A stretch of 64,000 nucleotides of DNA from IMG/VR virus record IMGVR_UViG_3300016667_000484, positions 131,339-195,338 of that record, one strand, 5' to 3'. The first letter of the stretch is position 1. Every line of letters starts with the position of its first letter. Of the stretch, positions 1 to 10,900 are shown in pieces. Both the position numbers and the translations under genes were made by a program. The notes beneath the pieces are model-generated. The model searched no databases. It was not told where the DNA came from and saw only the letters and a list, made by a program, of their open reading frames with translations. The stretch is from a virus (lineage: Duplodnaviria; Heunggongvirae; Uroviricota; Caudoviricetes).

Positions 1-697
1 CGTTATTAAACGTCAGAGAGTTTGTTGTGCTAGAAGTGATTGTGATGTCGGCTGAACCGTTGAATGACACACCGTTGATGTTACGTGCGGTCTGAAGCGT
101 CGTTGCAGTTCCAGCATTGCCGGTGATTGAACCGGTGATGGTGCTGCTAAACGTCTTAGCGCCGGCGATCGTTTGGGATGTGGCCGACAAAAGACCAGCC
201 GTGGTCGAGTTCGCAGCGAGAAGAGTCGTTCCGGTGCCGGTGCTCGACGTCAGTGTGATCGTCGAGTTGTCAGCGGTTTGACCGATGTTGGTCGTACCAT
301 TGAACGTTGACCAGTAAAGACCACCCGTTGAATTTGACGTGAGGATTTGACCTGCAGTACCAAGCGATCCGTTCGCAGTGAGTGTAGCAGTGAGTACCAA
401 GGTGTTCGCTGTCAGCGCAGTTGCGTTGAAGGTGTCGATCTTACCACTAGAGTCTACGATAACCGCTGAGCTGTTTGTCAAGGTACCAGGAACGTGATCG
501 AGCATCGCGGTGAAATACTTACCACCGATGACTTCAATGTTTGCTGCTACTCCGCCAGTCTCTGTTCCGGTACCAATGTAGAGACGATCACCACCGTTTG
601 ATTGAGTTCCACTTAGGAACGAATACGCCATTTCGCCTTGTGCAAGCGCTGAAGGAGAACCTGTTCCTCCCGATCTTTTGACACGAATGATTGCCAT
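1..697 (-). CDS. Tail fibre protein, N-terminal part (runs off the window edge)
   Basis: Hand translation from the ATG at 697 (overlapping the upstream TAA) gives MAIIRVKRSGGTGSPSALAQGEMAYSF...DRLYIG..., then Thr/Ser/Gly-rich sequence with TARNINGVSFNGSADITI, typical of phage fibres. Not in the ORF track because it is truncated. Confidence 0.8.
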   Translation of the reverse strand, partial: MAIIRVKRSGGTGSPSALAQGEMAYSFLSGTQSNGGDRLYIGTGTETGGVAANIEVIGGKYFTAMLDHVPGTLTNSSAVIVDSSGKIDTFNATALTANTLVLTATLTANGSLGTAGQILTSNSTGGLYWSTFNGTTNIGQTADNSTITLTSSTGTGTTLLAANSTTAGLLSATSQTIAGAKTFSSTITGSITGNAGTATTLQTARNINGVSFNGSADITITSSTTNSLTFNN

Positions 698-945
698 TAG
701 AAGAAGCCTCCATTAACTTCAGTGTTTGGATTCTCTATCACGGTGCGAGCTTTCCAAGTTTGTGTTGTTGCGTCGTAAGTTAATAGAGCACCATCTTGAT
801 TGTTTCCCACTTCAACATCAATCAGGTCGTCTAAAGTAATGTTGCTCGTATTTACTTGATAATTTGTTACTAAGATGTTCTGCTGAGGAGTGACCTTAGC
901 CAGAGTCTTACCATTTTGTGTAACTATGGCTCTAATGTTAGTCAT
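697..945 (-). CDS. Small virion/fibre-associated protein
   Basis: 82-aa ORF with LDDLIDV...DGALLTYD...W...NGGFF, a motif common in fibre-associated proteins; tightly coupled to its neighbours. Confidence 0.6.
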   Translation of the reverse strand: MTNIRAIVTQNGKTLAKVTPQQNILVTNYQVNTSNITLDDLIDVEVGNNQDGALLTYDATTQTWKARTVIENPNTEVNGGFF

Positions 946-946
946 C

Positions 947-1279
947 TTAGATTCTCGTTATTCCAGGTGTGACAGTGACAATACCCTCAACGATGCGCAT
1001 CACTGATCCACCGGATGATGTGATCTCTACGTCGTAAAGATAGCGACCGGGTTCAATTGAAGCGGTATTGTTTGCTAGCAGAGAAAGTGTAATCGCTCCA
1101 CCCGCGTTGTTATGCGTGGCAGAGAACGTAACAGCTGTGCTTGAGTTGTAGTTCTTTCGCATCTGTGCAGCAACGGTGTAACCAGTTAGGTTGTACACCG
1201 CTCCAGATGAATCGGTAACATCGATCGTAGCAGAAAAACTACTACCTTGGTCGATTACAAGATTTGCTTTGATAGCCAT
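947..1279 (-). CDS. Virion structural protein (BppU-N/Ig-like, fibre-associated)
   Basis: MAIKANLVIDQGSSF...NLTGYTVAAQMRK...GRYLYDVEI...RIVEGIVTVTPGITR, a family conserved in T4-like phages; AGGGAG SD and TATAAATA upstream. Confidence 0.75.
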   Translation of the reverse strand: MAIKANLVIDQGSSFSATIDVTDSSGAVYNLTGYTVAAQMRKNYNSSTAVTFSATHNNAGGAITLSLLANNTASIEPGRYLYDVEITSSGGSVMRIVEGIVTVTPGITRI

Positions 1280-1303
1280 AGAATTACTCCCTAGTTCTAT
1301 GGC

Positions 1304-1311
1304 TATTTATA
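1304..1311 (-). promoter_or_regulatory. T4-type late promoter TATAAATA
   Basis: Exact consensus about 25 nt upstream of the 947..1279 start codon. Confidence 0.8.
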
Positions 1312-1348
1312 AGATAGCCCTGTCGTATTGCATTCAAGATTCTAAAGG

Positions 1349-1373
1349 GCTAGTCATGTTAGTCATGACTAGC
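1349..1373 (-). terminator. Hairpin after the long fibre gene (possible terminator or processing site)
   Basis: GCTAGTCATG-N5-CATGACTAGC, a 10-bp perfect inverted repeat; the U-tail is weak. Confidence 0.45.
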
Positions 1374-1391
1374 GCCAAAATTACTTTCTTC

Positions 1392-4300
1392 TTACTTATT
1401 TCGTTTCAGCTCTTCAATCTCAGCTTTCAATTCCTTGATTGCTTCGATCAACACACCAACGATGTTACCATAAGCCACCGACTTATATTCATCACCTTCG
1501 TTTTGCATGACGACTTCTGGGAGGATCTGCTCAATCTCCTGAGCGATAACACCTGTGCCTGCCTTACCGTCTTTATCGAAGTAAACACCACGCATCGAAG
1601 AAACTTTGTCAAGGGCGCCATCGATAGTGCGTACGTTACTCTTCAGTCGAGCGTCGGAGTAAGCAGTGACGTTACCAACCGCGGTGAAGTCACCACCCGA
1701 GCTGAACGTTGCAGCAAGAGAGCCAGCGGTTGTGACGTTGATCGTGCTTGTTGCCGACGAATAGAAACCAGTGTCTTGGTTTCTTAGTGCGATAGATGGT
1801 GTTGTGTTCGATCCAGCAGGGAAGTATGATCTTCCACTTGCGACGTGTAGTGCATGTGAATTATCGAGAACGGTGTTTGTGCCGGCAAAAGGCGAACCGC
1901 TGATGTAAACCGTTGATGCGTCAGTGACATGTACGTTAGCTGAAGTCGATGCATATGTCGGTGCGGCGAAAGAAGCAGCCGTGCGTGTTCCGCGCGTTTG
2001 GTTAGTTGTGGACGTCGTATCTGTATGAGTACTTGCTACCATTCTGAGTGCAATACCCGAAGTGGTCCAAGAAGCAGACGAGATGTCTCCATCAAGGGCG
2101 ACCGTATTCGCGAATGTTTTCACGCCGCTGAACGTCTGTGCACCAGTGGTAATAATACCAGACGCAGATGCAGAAGCAGACGGAATTGCTTGACCGGTAC
2201 CAGTCGACGAATTGATCACTGGACCAGATGTTGTACCAGCAGTCCACGTTAGATCGGTGTTCGATACATCAAGTTTGATCGAACCAGCACCATTTGTGAT
2301 GGTGATGTTTTGACCTTGAGTCAAAGTCGCCTTGGTCAATGTGTTACCGGTCGAGTTTCCAATAAGCAGTTGACCATTCGTGTAAGTCGTTTGACCGGTG
2401 CCACCCTTATTCACTGGAATCGTCGATCCACCCCAAACACCAGAAGTGATAGTTCCTACGATAGAAACATTTGAGTCAACTGTGACATCACCGGTTACAT
2501 GAAGCAACGTAGAAGGCGTTCCAGTTCCAATACCAACGTTGCCGTTTGCCGCGATTGTGACTCTGTCAACCATATTGACGTTTGCGACAGTGTTATTCGC
2601 GGTTCTGAACACAAGAGCAGTTGGCATAAGTCCGGTGTTTGCCGTTCCATCAACCTTTGCTTGAACAGAAGCACCAAGAATGAATTCAGTGCCGTCAGAT
2701 CCCACGAATTGGTAATCACCTAGAGAATCACCATTCGTCAGTTTACCGTGAGTACCGAGTGTGTCAGATAGAGAGTGACCAACTTGAATACGACCACCGT
2801 TAACACTTGCGGCGGTATAATGAAGTGCGTTAAACTTAATGCCCGTACCAGCACCACTTGCGATCTGGACTTGCGCGGTTGATCCACCAGTTCCAGTTGA
2901 TCGAGTAGGATACGCGGTGGTAGTACCAAACAACACTCTATTGTTCGTGCTGTCGATGAACATCGTATCGGTGTCGAAGGTGGTGTCACCATTCAGAGTC
3001 GTGTTCGTCAGCGTAGCAGCTGAGCTGAACACCAAGTTACCGGATCCAGTTTCGTCTGAGATAACACCGGCCAATTCCGAAGAAGACGTAGCAGCAAACG
3101 CCGAGAGTTTGTTCGATGTAGTAGCGATTGTTCCAGATGTTGGCAGAGTTACGTCGGTCACACCGGTTGCATTCAACTTAAGAGCGAAGTTGCCAGAAGT
3201 CGTGAAGCTATTCGCAGTCGAGATGTTTCCACCTAGGCTGATAGAAGAACCTGCTGCTTGGCTTGTGACAGTGAGGTTGCCCGTGTTCAGCGTGAGAGTA
3301 CGACCACCGTTGTTGACTCCGGTTCCGCCATAAGTGCTGTTGATGATAGAACCTTGCCACGTACCAGTTCCGATCGTTCCAACCGAGGTCAAGCTAGACG
3401 ATACAACACCTGAACCCAAGCCAGTTGCGCTTAGGACAGTAGTGCCATTGATCTCGTATACTTTACCGGTGAGAAGGTTGAAGTCTTCAGACGATGTCCA
3501 AGCACCAGTTGCGTTAACCCAGTTCAGAGTCTTATCGGTGGTGCCTTTTAGTGTGATACCACCACCATCTGCCGTGACGTTCGTAGGAGACGCGACCGAA
3601 CCAAGCTCGATGTTCTTATCGTCTACCGAGATAGTGGTTGAGTTAACAGTAGTCGTCGTGCCGTTAACTGTGAGATTACCCGAAATAACCACGTTAGAAT
3701 TGATGGTCGCAGACGAACCGTTGACTGTGAGGTTACCAGCGATGACAGTGTTGCTGCTGTTGATCGTAGAAGTCGCGCCGTTAACAGTTAGGCTACCAGA
3801 GATAACTGCATTGTTATTGAACGTTGCAGTTCCGCTTCCTGATGTTGAACCGAAGTTGATATTCGTCGTCGAACCTGTAGCACCGCCCGTGCCGAAGTTG
3901 ATAGTCTTCGTGCTAGTGTTAGCGACTGCCCCGGTTGCGATGTTAAGTGTAGAGCCGGAAGTTCCACTGTATCCAAGCGTCAGGTTAGTTGAGCTTGCGA
4001 ATGCGCTAAATACCGCACTCGAATCCATGCTCGTCGTGAACATTGAAGGTCCTGCAACATCAAGCAATGATTTTGGAGTGCTTGTGCCAATACCAAAGTT
4101 GCCGTTTGCTGCAAGGATAGCTTTAGTTGTGATGGTATTAGTTGACGAAGAACTTCTAAACAGAATCGCCGTTGGCAAATAACCAGTAGTAGGTGTGCCG
4201 TCAACTACTGAAGTGATCTCAGAACCAACAATGAATTCTGAATCAATCGAACCAACCGTTTGATATTCACCGAGTGTATCTCCGTCTAAGACGTTGGAGT

Positions 4301-7300
4301 GTGTTCCAACCGTTGCTCCTCGGGATTTACCAAGTTGGAGTCTAGCACCATTTACGCTGTTGGTCCAATGAAGAGCGTTTAGTTTAATCGCAGTGTTGTT
4401 ATCATTGATTTGAACTTGCGCTATAGATCCGGTGTCGCTTCCTGTAGCACGAGTTGTATACGTGGTCGTACTTCCAACGGAGATGCGATTTCCGGAAGAA
4501 TTAATAAACAGCGTATTGCCATCAAACGTAGTGTCGCCGTTCAACGTCGTGTTCGTCAACGTAGCTGCTGAGCTGAACACTAAGTTACCAGCTGAACCAG
4601 TTGCGTTGGTTATGACACCGGCCAACTCAGCCGACGTTGTTGCAGCGAAAGCCGACAGTTTGTTTGCAGTATATGCTACTGTTCCACCCGAGCCAAATGC
4701 GACCGATGATGCATCTGTGCCAGAGAAAGTCAAGGTGTTGTTGATCGTGGCGGTCTTACCATCGGCGATCGTCAATGTAGCGGATGTAGCAGGAGCGGTG
4801 ATCGCTACTTTGTTGATCGACGTTGCCGTAGCCACGCCTAGGATCGGCGTGGTAAGCGTTGGGCTAGACGCAAACACCAGGTTGCCGGTTCCGGTTACTC
4901 CTGAGATTTTGCCTCTAAAGTTCGTAGCAGTCGTAGTCGCGAACTGTGTGAGGTCGCCACCAGTGATAGCCATCGTTCCGGCTTGGAGTGTGGTGTCACC
5001 ATCAGCAAGGTTGAGAACACGGTTAGCGCTGAGTGCGGCGGTAGGAGTCTTAATAGTGACCTTGTAAGCGCTCGTACCTGCGACGTTCGCATCGATCACG
5101 ATAGAGTCTTTGTTTCCGTTGACGACTGTTAGGCCAGCGGTAGATGTCGTTCCACTTACGATGGCGCTAGTCGTGTTAAAGGTGTTCGTGACGGTGACGT
5201 TGTTTGCATATACATCGAGCCAACGCTTTTCGGAAGTACCGAGGTTGTACGCGTTGTTGGCGCCTGGGATGAAGGAAGAACCAACAGTGCCTTCGAAGAT
5301 CGCGTTTGTCGTGACTTTCAGGACAGCTGTGTTTGCTTCGGCAAGAGTAACACTGACGCTTCCTGGGAAGCTAACGGCGCCGAGAACGGTTAGGTCACCA
5401 GAGACGATCGCGTCAGTTCCGACACGAAGTTGCTTAGCGATACCAACACCACCAGCCACAACCAGTGCGCCCGTGGAGGTTGTGCTTGAGTCGGTGGTAA
5501 ACAATACCTTTGCCGCGCCGGTGTTACCAGAACCAAGTTCTACTGAGCCAGTAGTGAGGCTAGGACCGATAGCAATCTTACCGGTTGTCACATTCGACGT
5601 GATGGTCGCAGTTCCGGTTGTTCCATTTCCAGAGATGTTGAGTAGGGTGTTTCCGGTAGTCTTACCAATCGTCACCGTTGATGCAGCAGCACCAAGATTA
5701 AGAGCAGTCGCCGCGCCAAACGCGTTCACAGTGGTGGAAGTGGTGTTCCAAAGGTTGACCGTCGTAGCACTTCCAACAACCGTTGGGTTATTCAGAGTAA
5801 GAGTTCCAGTCGATCCACCAACCGACACAGAAGAAGCGTTGGTGAAAGCTGTTACAGTTGAAGGAGTGTTGAACACATTAGATGTCGACGCGGATGTCGT
5901 GATGTCTCCACCATCGACATTCAAGTCAAGATCTACGTCAAGGTTGTTTTTGATGTTAGTCGTGCCGGTTGCAGCACCAAGGTTAAGAGCAGTTGCTGCA
6001 CCGAACGCGTTCACTGTGGTAGAAGTTGTGTTCCACAGGTTTACGGTGGAAGCCGCACCTACAACGGTAGCCGAGTTAAGAGTCGTCGTACCAGCGACTG
6101 AAGAACCTACGTTGACGTTAGTCGTAGATCCAGCTGCGCCGCCTGTACCCAGATTGACGGTCTTAGTCGCAGCCGAAGCAGTCGCACCTGTACCGATGTT
6201 ATAGGTCGATGCGCCAGTTGAAGCGTTGCCAAGGTTGATCGTCTGAGCCGCTGTTGCGTTACCAAGGTTCAGGGTAGTAGCAGCACCAAATGCGTTTACA
6301 GTTGTCGCAGTCGTGTTGAGAAGAGTGAAAGTCGTCTTGTTGGTCGTGACCGTTCCACCATTCAGTGCTGCGGTCGCGTTATTCAGAGTGATCGTGCCAG
6401 TAGCTGCGCCGATGTTAACTGCAGTCGCTGCTCCGAATGCGTTAACAGTTGTAGCAGTTGTGTTCCATAGGTCTTGAGATGCTTGTGTACCAACAACAGT
6501 TGGGTTATTGATAGTGATTGTACCACTTGTTGCACCAATGTCAATGGCCGTCGCTGCACCAAATGCGTTAATCGTGGTCGCGTTCGTCTCGAGAAGGTTG
6601 AAAGTAGCTGCTGAAGTCGTGATGTCTCCACCGTTAACGGCTACATCCCCAGTGACTACTTCGTTTCCAGTGACGAAAGAATTTTGTACGTACAGATCTT
6701 TCCAGTTGACAGAACTGCTGCCAAGGGAGTATAATTGGTTAACACCACCAAATAAACCAGAAGTATTTGCTACTACTGCTGTATTGGCTATGGTACCATT
6801 ATCGAATACAAGTCTAAGATCTTGATATGCGGTATCGGAAACCCGAAGGGTTTTAGCAGTAGAACCTTTGAGTCTGAGCTCTCCAGAAGCTTCTACATCA
6901 GCTGCAGCATACACATAGGTTACATGGGCGTTGCCGTACTTGTTTGAAGCAGTACCGAGGTCGACTGCCGTAGAAGCAGGAATCAGGTCTGACTCAAGGT
7001 ATGCTGTGATGTTGAGTCGATCACTCGTCGAGTCGCCGATTACTGTGTTGCTCGAGTTGATCGTTACTTTTCCGCCACTGAATGTTGCGTTTGCAGTGAC
7101 TGTGAATAGACCATCGATGTTTACCGATGAGTTAAAATCAGCAGCTGCGTTAACGGTCAGAGCATCAGAGCTATTGACACCAAGGTTGATGTTGTCAACG
7201 TTTGCAAAGAGCGATGAAGACGTGATCGTCGTGTTAGACGTGACGTCGAGGATTGGCGCATCGACGTCAACACGACCACCTGTGAACTCAGCAGCAGTGC

Positions 7301-7742
7301 GGACGTAGAGAGGACCGTCATTGATCGTTGTATTTGCCGCAGAGATGAGAACCGTCTTAGACGAGTTGATCGCTACGTTTCCAGTGAACAGCGTGTTGTG
7401 TGCGTTCACTGTGAAGTTATTTGTGTTGGCATCAATCCGAATGAGCTCAGACTGATTGAAGATGGTGTTAGACGTTATGGTTAGATTACCATACGCACTC
7501 GTAGACCCGCCACGAAGTCCATCTGAAGCGACAATCGTATTCGCCGATAGAATTCCTTGAACATGAGCATTACCGGTCGTGTAACCGCCTACCGATGTAT
7601 TAGGCTGTGGATAAGGTGTAGTCGTAAGAACGACTGTACCCATATCATACACGAGTTGGTTAGTCGTGTCAACCCATGAAGCAAATGTATCAGTTGCTTC
7701 GACATTTGCTCCTGGTAGCAGATAAACGTGTGCCTTTGCCAT
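1392..7742 (-). CDS. Long tail fibre with C-terminal peptidase S74 intramolecular chaperone
   Basis: 2116 aa, T/S/G/N-rich repeats and GNVGIGT motifs; C-terminal YSDARLKSNV...GVIAQEIEQILPEVV...VAYGNIVGVLIEAIKELKAEIEELK. Confidence 0.9.
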   Translation of the reverse strand: MAKAHVYLLPGANVEATDTFASWVDTTNQLVYDMGTVVLTTTPYPQPNTSVGGYTTGNAHVQGILSANTIVASDGLRGGSTSAYGNLTITSNTIFNQSELIRIDANTNNFTVNAHNTLFTGNVAINSSKTVLISAANTTINDGPLYVRTAAEFTGGRVDVDAPILDVTSNTTITSSSLFANVDNINLGVNSSDALTVNAAADFNSSVNIDGLFTVTANATFSGGKVTINSSNTVIGDSTSDRLNITAYLESDLIPASTAVDLGTASNKYGNAHVTYVYAAADVEASGELRLKGSTAKTLRVSDTAYQDLRLVFDNGTIANTAVVANTSGLFGGVNQLYSLGSSSVNWKDLYVQNSFVTGNEVVTGDVAVNGGDITTSAATFNLLETNATTINAFGAATAIDIGATSGTITINNPTVVGTQASQDLWNTTATTVNAFGAATAVNIGAATGTITLNNATAALNGGTVTTNKTTFTLLNTTATTVNAFGAATTLNLGNATAAQTINLGNASTGASTYNIGTGATASAATKTVNLGTGGAAGSTTNVNVGSSVAGTTTLNSATVVGAASTVNLWNTTSTTVNAFGAATALNLGAATGTTNIKNNLDVDLDLNVDGGDITTSASTSNVFNTPSTVTAFTNASSVSVGGSTGTLTLNNPTVVGSATTVNLWNTTSTTVNAFGAATALNLGAAASTVTIGKTTGNTLLNISGNGTTGTATITSNVTTGKIAIGPSLTTGSVELGSGNTGAAKVLFTTDSSTTSTGALVVAGGVGIAKQLRVGTDAIVSGDLTVLGAVSFPGSVSVTLAEANTAVLKVTTNAIFEGTVGSSFIPGANNAYNLGTSEKRWLDVYANNVTVTNTFNTTSAIVSGTTSTAGLTVVNGNKDSIVIDANVAGTSAYKVTIKTPTAALSANRVLNLADGDTTLQAGTMAITGGDLTQFATTTATNFRGKISGVTGTGNLVFASSPTLTTPILGVATATSINKVAITAPATSATLTIADGKTATINNTLTFSGTDASSVAFGSGGTVAYTANKLSAFAATTSAELAGVITNATGSAGNLVFSSAATLTNTTLNGDTTFDGNTLFINSSGNRISVGSTTTYTTRATGSDTGSIAQVQINDNNTAIKLNALHWTNSVNGARLQLGKSRGATVGTHSNVLDGDTLGEYQTVGSIDSEFIVGSEITSVVDGTPTTGYLPTAILFRSSSSTNTITTKAILAANGNFGIGTSTPKSLLDVAGPSMFTTSMDSSAVFSAFASSTNLTLGYSGTSGSTLNIATGAVANTSTKTINFGTGGATGSTTNINFGSTSGSGTATFNNNAVISGSLTVNGATSTINSSNTVIAGNLTVNGSSATINSNVVISGNLTVNGTTTTVNSTTISVDDKNIELGSVASPTNVTADGGGITLKGTTDKTLNWVNATGAWTSSEDFNLLTGKVYEINGTTVLSATGLGSGVVSSSLTSVGTIGTGTWQGSIINSTYGGTGVNNGGRTLTLNTGNLTVTSQAAGSSISLGGNISTANSFTTSGNFALKLNATGVTDVTLPTSGTIATTSNKLSAFAATSSSELAGVISDETGSGNLVFSSAATLTNTTLNGDTTFDTDTMFIDSTNNRVLFGTTTAYPTRSTGTGGSTAQVQIASGAGTGIKFNALHYTAASVNGGRIQVGHSLSDTLGTHGKLTNGDSLGDYQFVGSDGTEFILGASVQAKVDGTANTGLMPTALVFRTANNTVANVNMVDRVTIAANGNVGIGTGTPSTLLHVTGDVTVDSNVSIVGTITSGVWGGSTIPVNKGGTGQTTYTNGQLLIGNSTGNTLTKATLTQGQNITITNGAGSIKLDVSNTDLTWTAGTTSGPVINSSTGTGQAIPSASASASGIITTGAQTFSGVKTFANTVALDGDISSASWTTSGIALRMVASTHTDTTSTTNQTRGTRTAASFAAPTYASTSANVHVTDASTVYISGSPFAGTNTVLDNSHALHVASGRSYFPAGSNTTPSIALRNQDTGFYSSATSTINVTTAGSLAATFSSGGDFTAVGNVTAYSDARLKSNVRTIDGALDKVSSMRGVYFDKDGKAGTGVIAQEIEQILPEVVMQNEGDEYKSVAYGNIVGVLIEAIKELKAEIEELKRNK

Positions 7743-7745
7743 TCT

Positions 7746-7952
7746 TTATTTACCCGTTCCTAATTCTTTTAGAGCACCACGTATTTCAGTCAGAATAGAC
7801 ATGACGCATTGCATGTCTCTTTCCAGTTTGTCAATCCGTGCCGCTTGTTCCTTTTTCATTCGATGCTCATTGAGAGCCCTGACATTAGTATTTATCAAGG
7901 CTCTCGTTGTTATATCTCGAGCATAGTCTTTTTCTTCTGTTTGGATGATCAT
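7746..7952 (-). CDS. Hypothetical protein (conserved next to VrlC-like genes)
   Basis: 68-aa ORF with RD..TRALINTN and a coiled-coil C-terminus; overlaps the upstream gene end. Confidence 0.65.
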   Translation of the reverse strand: MIIQTEEKDYARDITTRALINTNVRALNEHRMKKEQAARIDKLERDMQCVMSILTEIRGALKELGTGK

Positions 7953-10900
7953 GATAGTGCGAGCGCTCTAAGGTCTTTCAGACGAGGAACTTGACTATGA
8001 CTGTCGGCAAGCATAACGATTTTGATCGCGAAGTATTTGTAGTTAGTGAATAGAACGTCGTTACCATCAATCGAAGCGATGTAGTTTATAACGCCGTTGT
8101 TATCCCATGCACCTTGGCCAACAGTCTTGGTGGATGTGCTCAGTGCGTATTCATACTCACGATAGTCGTAACGGTTGACTGCCGAAGACGTACTATTCGA
8201 TTCAGGCTTAAGCACCAGTGGTGTCCACTCGATTTGATTCATCTCGCGGATGTCTGTAGCTGACTTGAATCGTGCATACACACGAATCTCAGTGCCGGTT
8301 GGGCGATAAGCACCAAGAATGACGCGCATATCTTCTGCGTCTAGTCCGTCAGCCAGAGTGACCAATTTCGAGACGTACTTAGCCGAAGCATTTCCTAGAC
8401 CGATGAGTTCACTTCCATCGATGTCGTTCGTCGTATTTGCCGAGTTGACAAGGTATTCAGCGACCAACACCGACGAGATCTCATGGTCGATGACTGGCGA
8501 TGTCTCTGGCGAATTTGAACTAGAGACGTTTTCCATGTTCACTCTGAGCACGAAATTGCTTCCGGCTGGGTTGTTCGACTTACTTCTGATGTAGTAATCG
8601 TTATCGCTCAAGTAGTTGGTGTTGTTGAAGTTCATATCGCGAGATACAGCGCTAACACCATTGTACAGTTCTGTTGCTATGAGCGTAGTACGAGTCTTCG
8701 TGAAATTGCTACGATAGATCTGAGGCTGAACGTAGCTAATTGGTAGGTCGTCAACTGACACAATCTCTGCTGTCACATCACTGTCTTCACCATAGATCGT
8801 TTGACCAGCGAGGAACTTAAGTCCAACTTTTTCCTTCGCGCTCGATCCTTGAAGGATCATACGTGGAGGAGAATCTTGGTTGTAATAGATCATATCACCA
8901 ACAGGTGCAGCGTAGTGGTTTAGACCAGTGTTCGTATTCAAGAATGGCGCATACGTAGTGAGAGAGGTGTTATTCGTGATTGCCTTAATCTTTCTCGCGT
9001 TGTATTTCGTGCCGTTCTTAATGATGATGTATTCGTCAACCACATAGTCAGTGTTAAACGCAGTTCCGGAACCAGTTACAACGTCTGAGCCAGCTGTTGT
9101 CGAGATAGTACCATTCGCGAAAGAAGTCTTCACTGGGAATACTTGTTCACCGCCCAAGAAAATACCAGTGGCGTTTTGAACCGTAAAGAACTCGTTAGAG
9201 TCATTTGTGAGGTCGACAGAACCAGACTTTGGCGAGAAGTTTGCTGCGTACAGGGTGAACTTCAGGTTTTCGTTCTGGTAAGGCGTCCATGCGCGGTTAT
9301 TTGTCGAAGTGAACAGAACACCTGCGTTGCTGTCCTGAGTCACATACTTATTCGTATCAACATCGGCTTCACCTGTGCGGCAGATCCAAACTAAGTAGTC
9401 AGGATCGTTTCCATCAGGAGCGATGACAATCGCATACTCAGTGTTGACTTTCAGCGCAACTGGTCCTTCAAACGTGACGGTCGTCTTAGTCGATCCGCTT
9501 GAAGATACGTTGATGGTTGGAGCATTCACTTCAGATGCATCAAGATGCACTGACGAGAATGGGATCGCTTTACCAGCAGGATAACCATTAACAACTTCAC
9601 GAATCTGTACACCTACACCTTTACCGACTTTGCTTTTTCGAGCGAAGTAAAGATCAAGCTTAGTGATAAAGACGTCAGTGTCATTTGATAGGCTTCCATC
9701 GATGATGAACGTCTGTGCAATTGGGTCAGAGCCACTTGATTGAGTAACAGTTTCTACAGTAGTGACCACATCAAATTGAGGTGGTCTAGTCGTTGTGCTG
9801 ACACCTGACTTTGTCACAGAGAAGTTGTAAGCACTATAGACAGCTGAAGCATAAGACGTAGCAGCATCGCGATCAGCTAGGCTATTGACGTCCATCATTT
9901 CAACTTTTCTATCACCGACGTAGAACTTTCCTTCATTGATGTGCATGACGGCGATCAGTCTGCCTCTACTATCAGACATAATAGCTGTACCCCAGTCGGC
10001 GGTACGTACTATCTGTCCAACATCATTGAATTGAGCTGGAGCAGCTTGTGCTAGACCTTCAACACCTACGATCAGATTGCCATCAAAGAAAACATAGTGA
10101 CGAGTGTTAGGGCGAAGACCAACTGCTTGGATTCCGATCGTCGCAGCGCGCATGAATGGCTGGAAGCTAACGTCACGAACAAAGTCACCGACACTAGTCG
10201 TATTTGCTGTGCCTTCAGTCGTCACCAATTCAGTCGTCGTGATTGCACTCGTAGTAGTGCGGCGAAGTCCTAAGAATCCAGTGCGATCGCTGTCAATAAC
10301 CTCAGTGTCAGTTGTTATAAGCGGAATGATATTACCGAGGTTTTCGGTGAATTCAATGAAAGGCTGAGCTATATTCGTATCGAAGTTTACGTCAGGCGCA
10401 ATCTTTGTTTCAGGACCAGAATCGTATGGTGGATTCAGAGTCATTTTGCCCGCGTAGTTATAGAAGCTCGTCGTGCAATTCTTCACCGCTGTTGCGAATG
10501 GCTGAGAGACTGAGGGTAGAGCTGTGCTTGTGTAATTCAGCGTCGCAAACTTACCTGCGTTATTCGTTACGTTCGAAGATCCAGAGACAACTAGATTCAG
10601 AGGATATTGACGAATCGGAGGAGTGATGTCTTTCACTGATGAATCGACCGCTGCAGCAAATTCACCACCGTTGACGTCCGCGAGAGTTAAGTTGTCAAAG
10701 TTGTCGACGAAGATACCATTCTTGAATCTGTCAGCGCCAGTAGCGTCGGTCACGAGGAAGTCTTTCGCTTTCTTTTCAAGCAGTGAAAGCGAGGTGTAGT
10801 ACTCAAGATTTGTGATACGCTGATCGATTCCAGCGATGTCTTTCATCGTATATCTCTGTGTTTGGTTAGAAGATACACTCACACCGTAGTTTGACTTCTT

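Noticed and set aside
1191-1787. 198-aa plus-strand ORF
   Set aside because: It overlaps two well-supported minus-strand genes and their regulatory region, and has no motif support.
2500-6640. Fibre repeats as a diversity-generating retroelement or CRISPR-like array
   Set aside because: The repeats are in-frame coding units that differ mostly at synonymous sites rather than adenines. No reverse transcriptase or repeat-spacer pattern is present in the window.
2839-6825. Several Val/Pro-rich plus-strand ORFs (e.g. 5110..6204, 3334..4182)
   Set aside because: They mirror Thr/Gly/Asn codons of the fibre gene. The same applies to 34854..35615, 59385..60503, 61855..62763 and 62918..63781.
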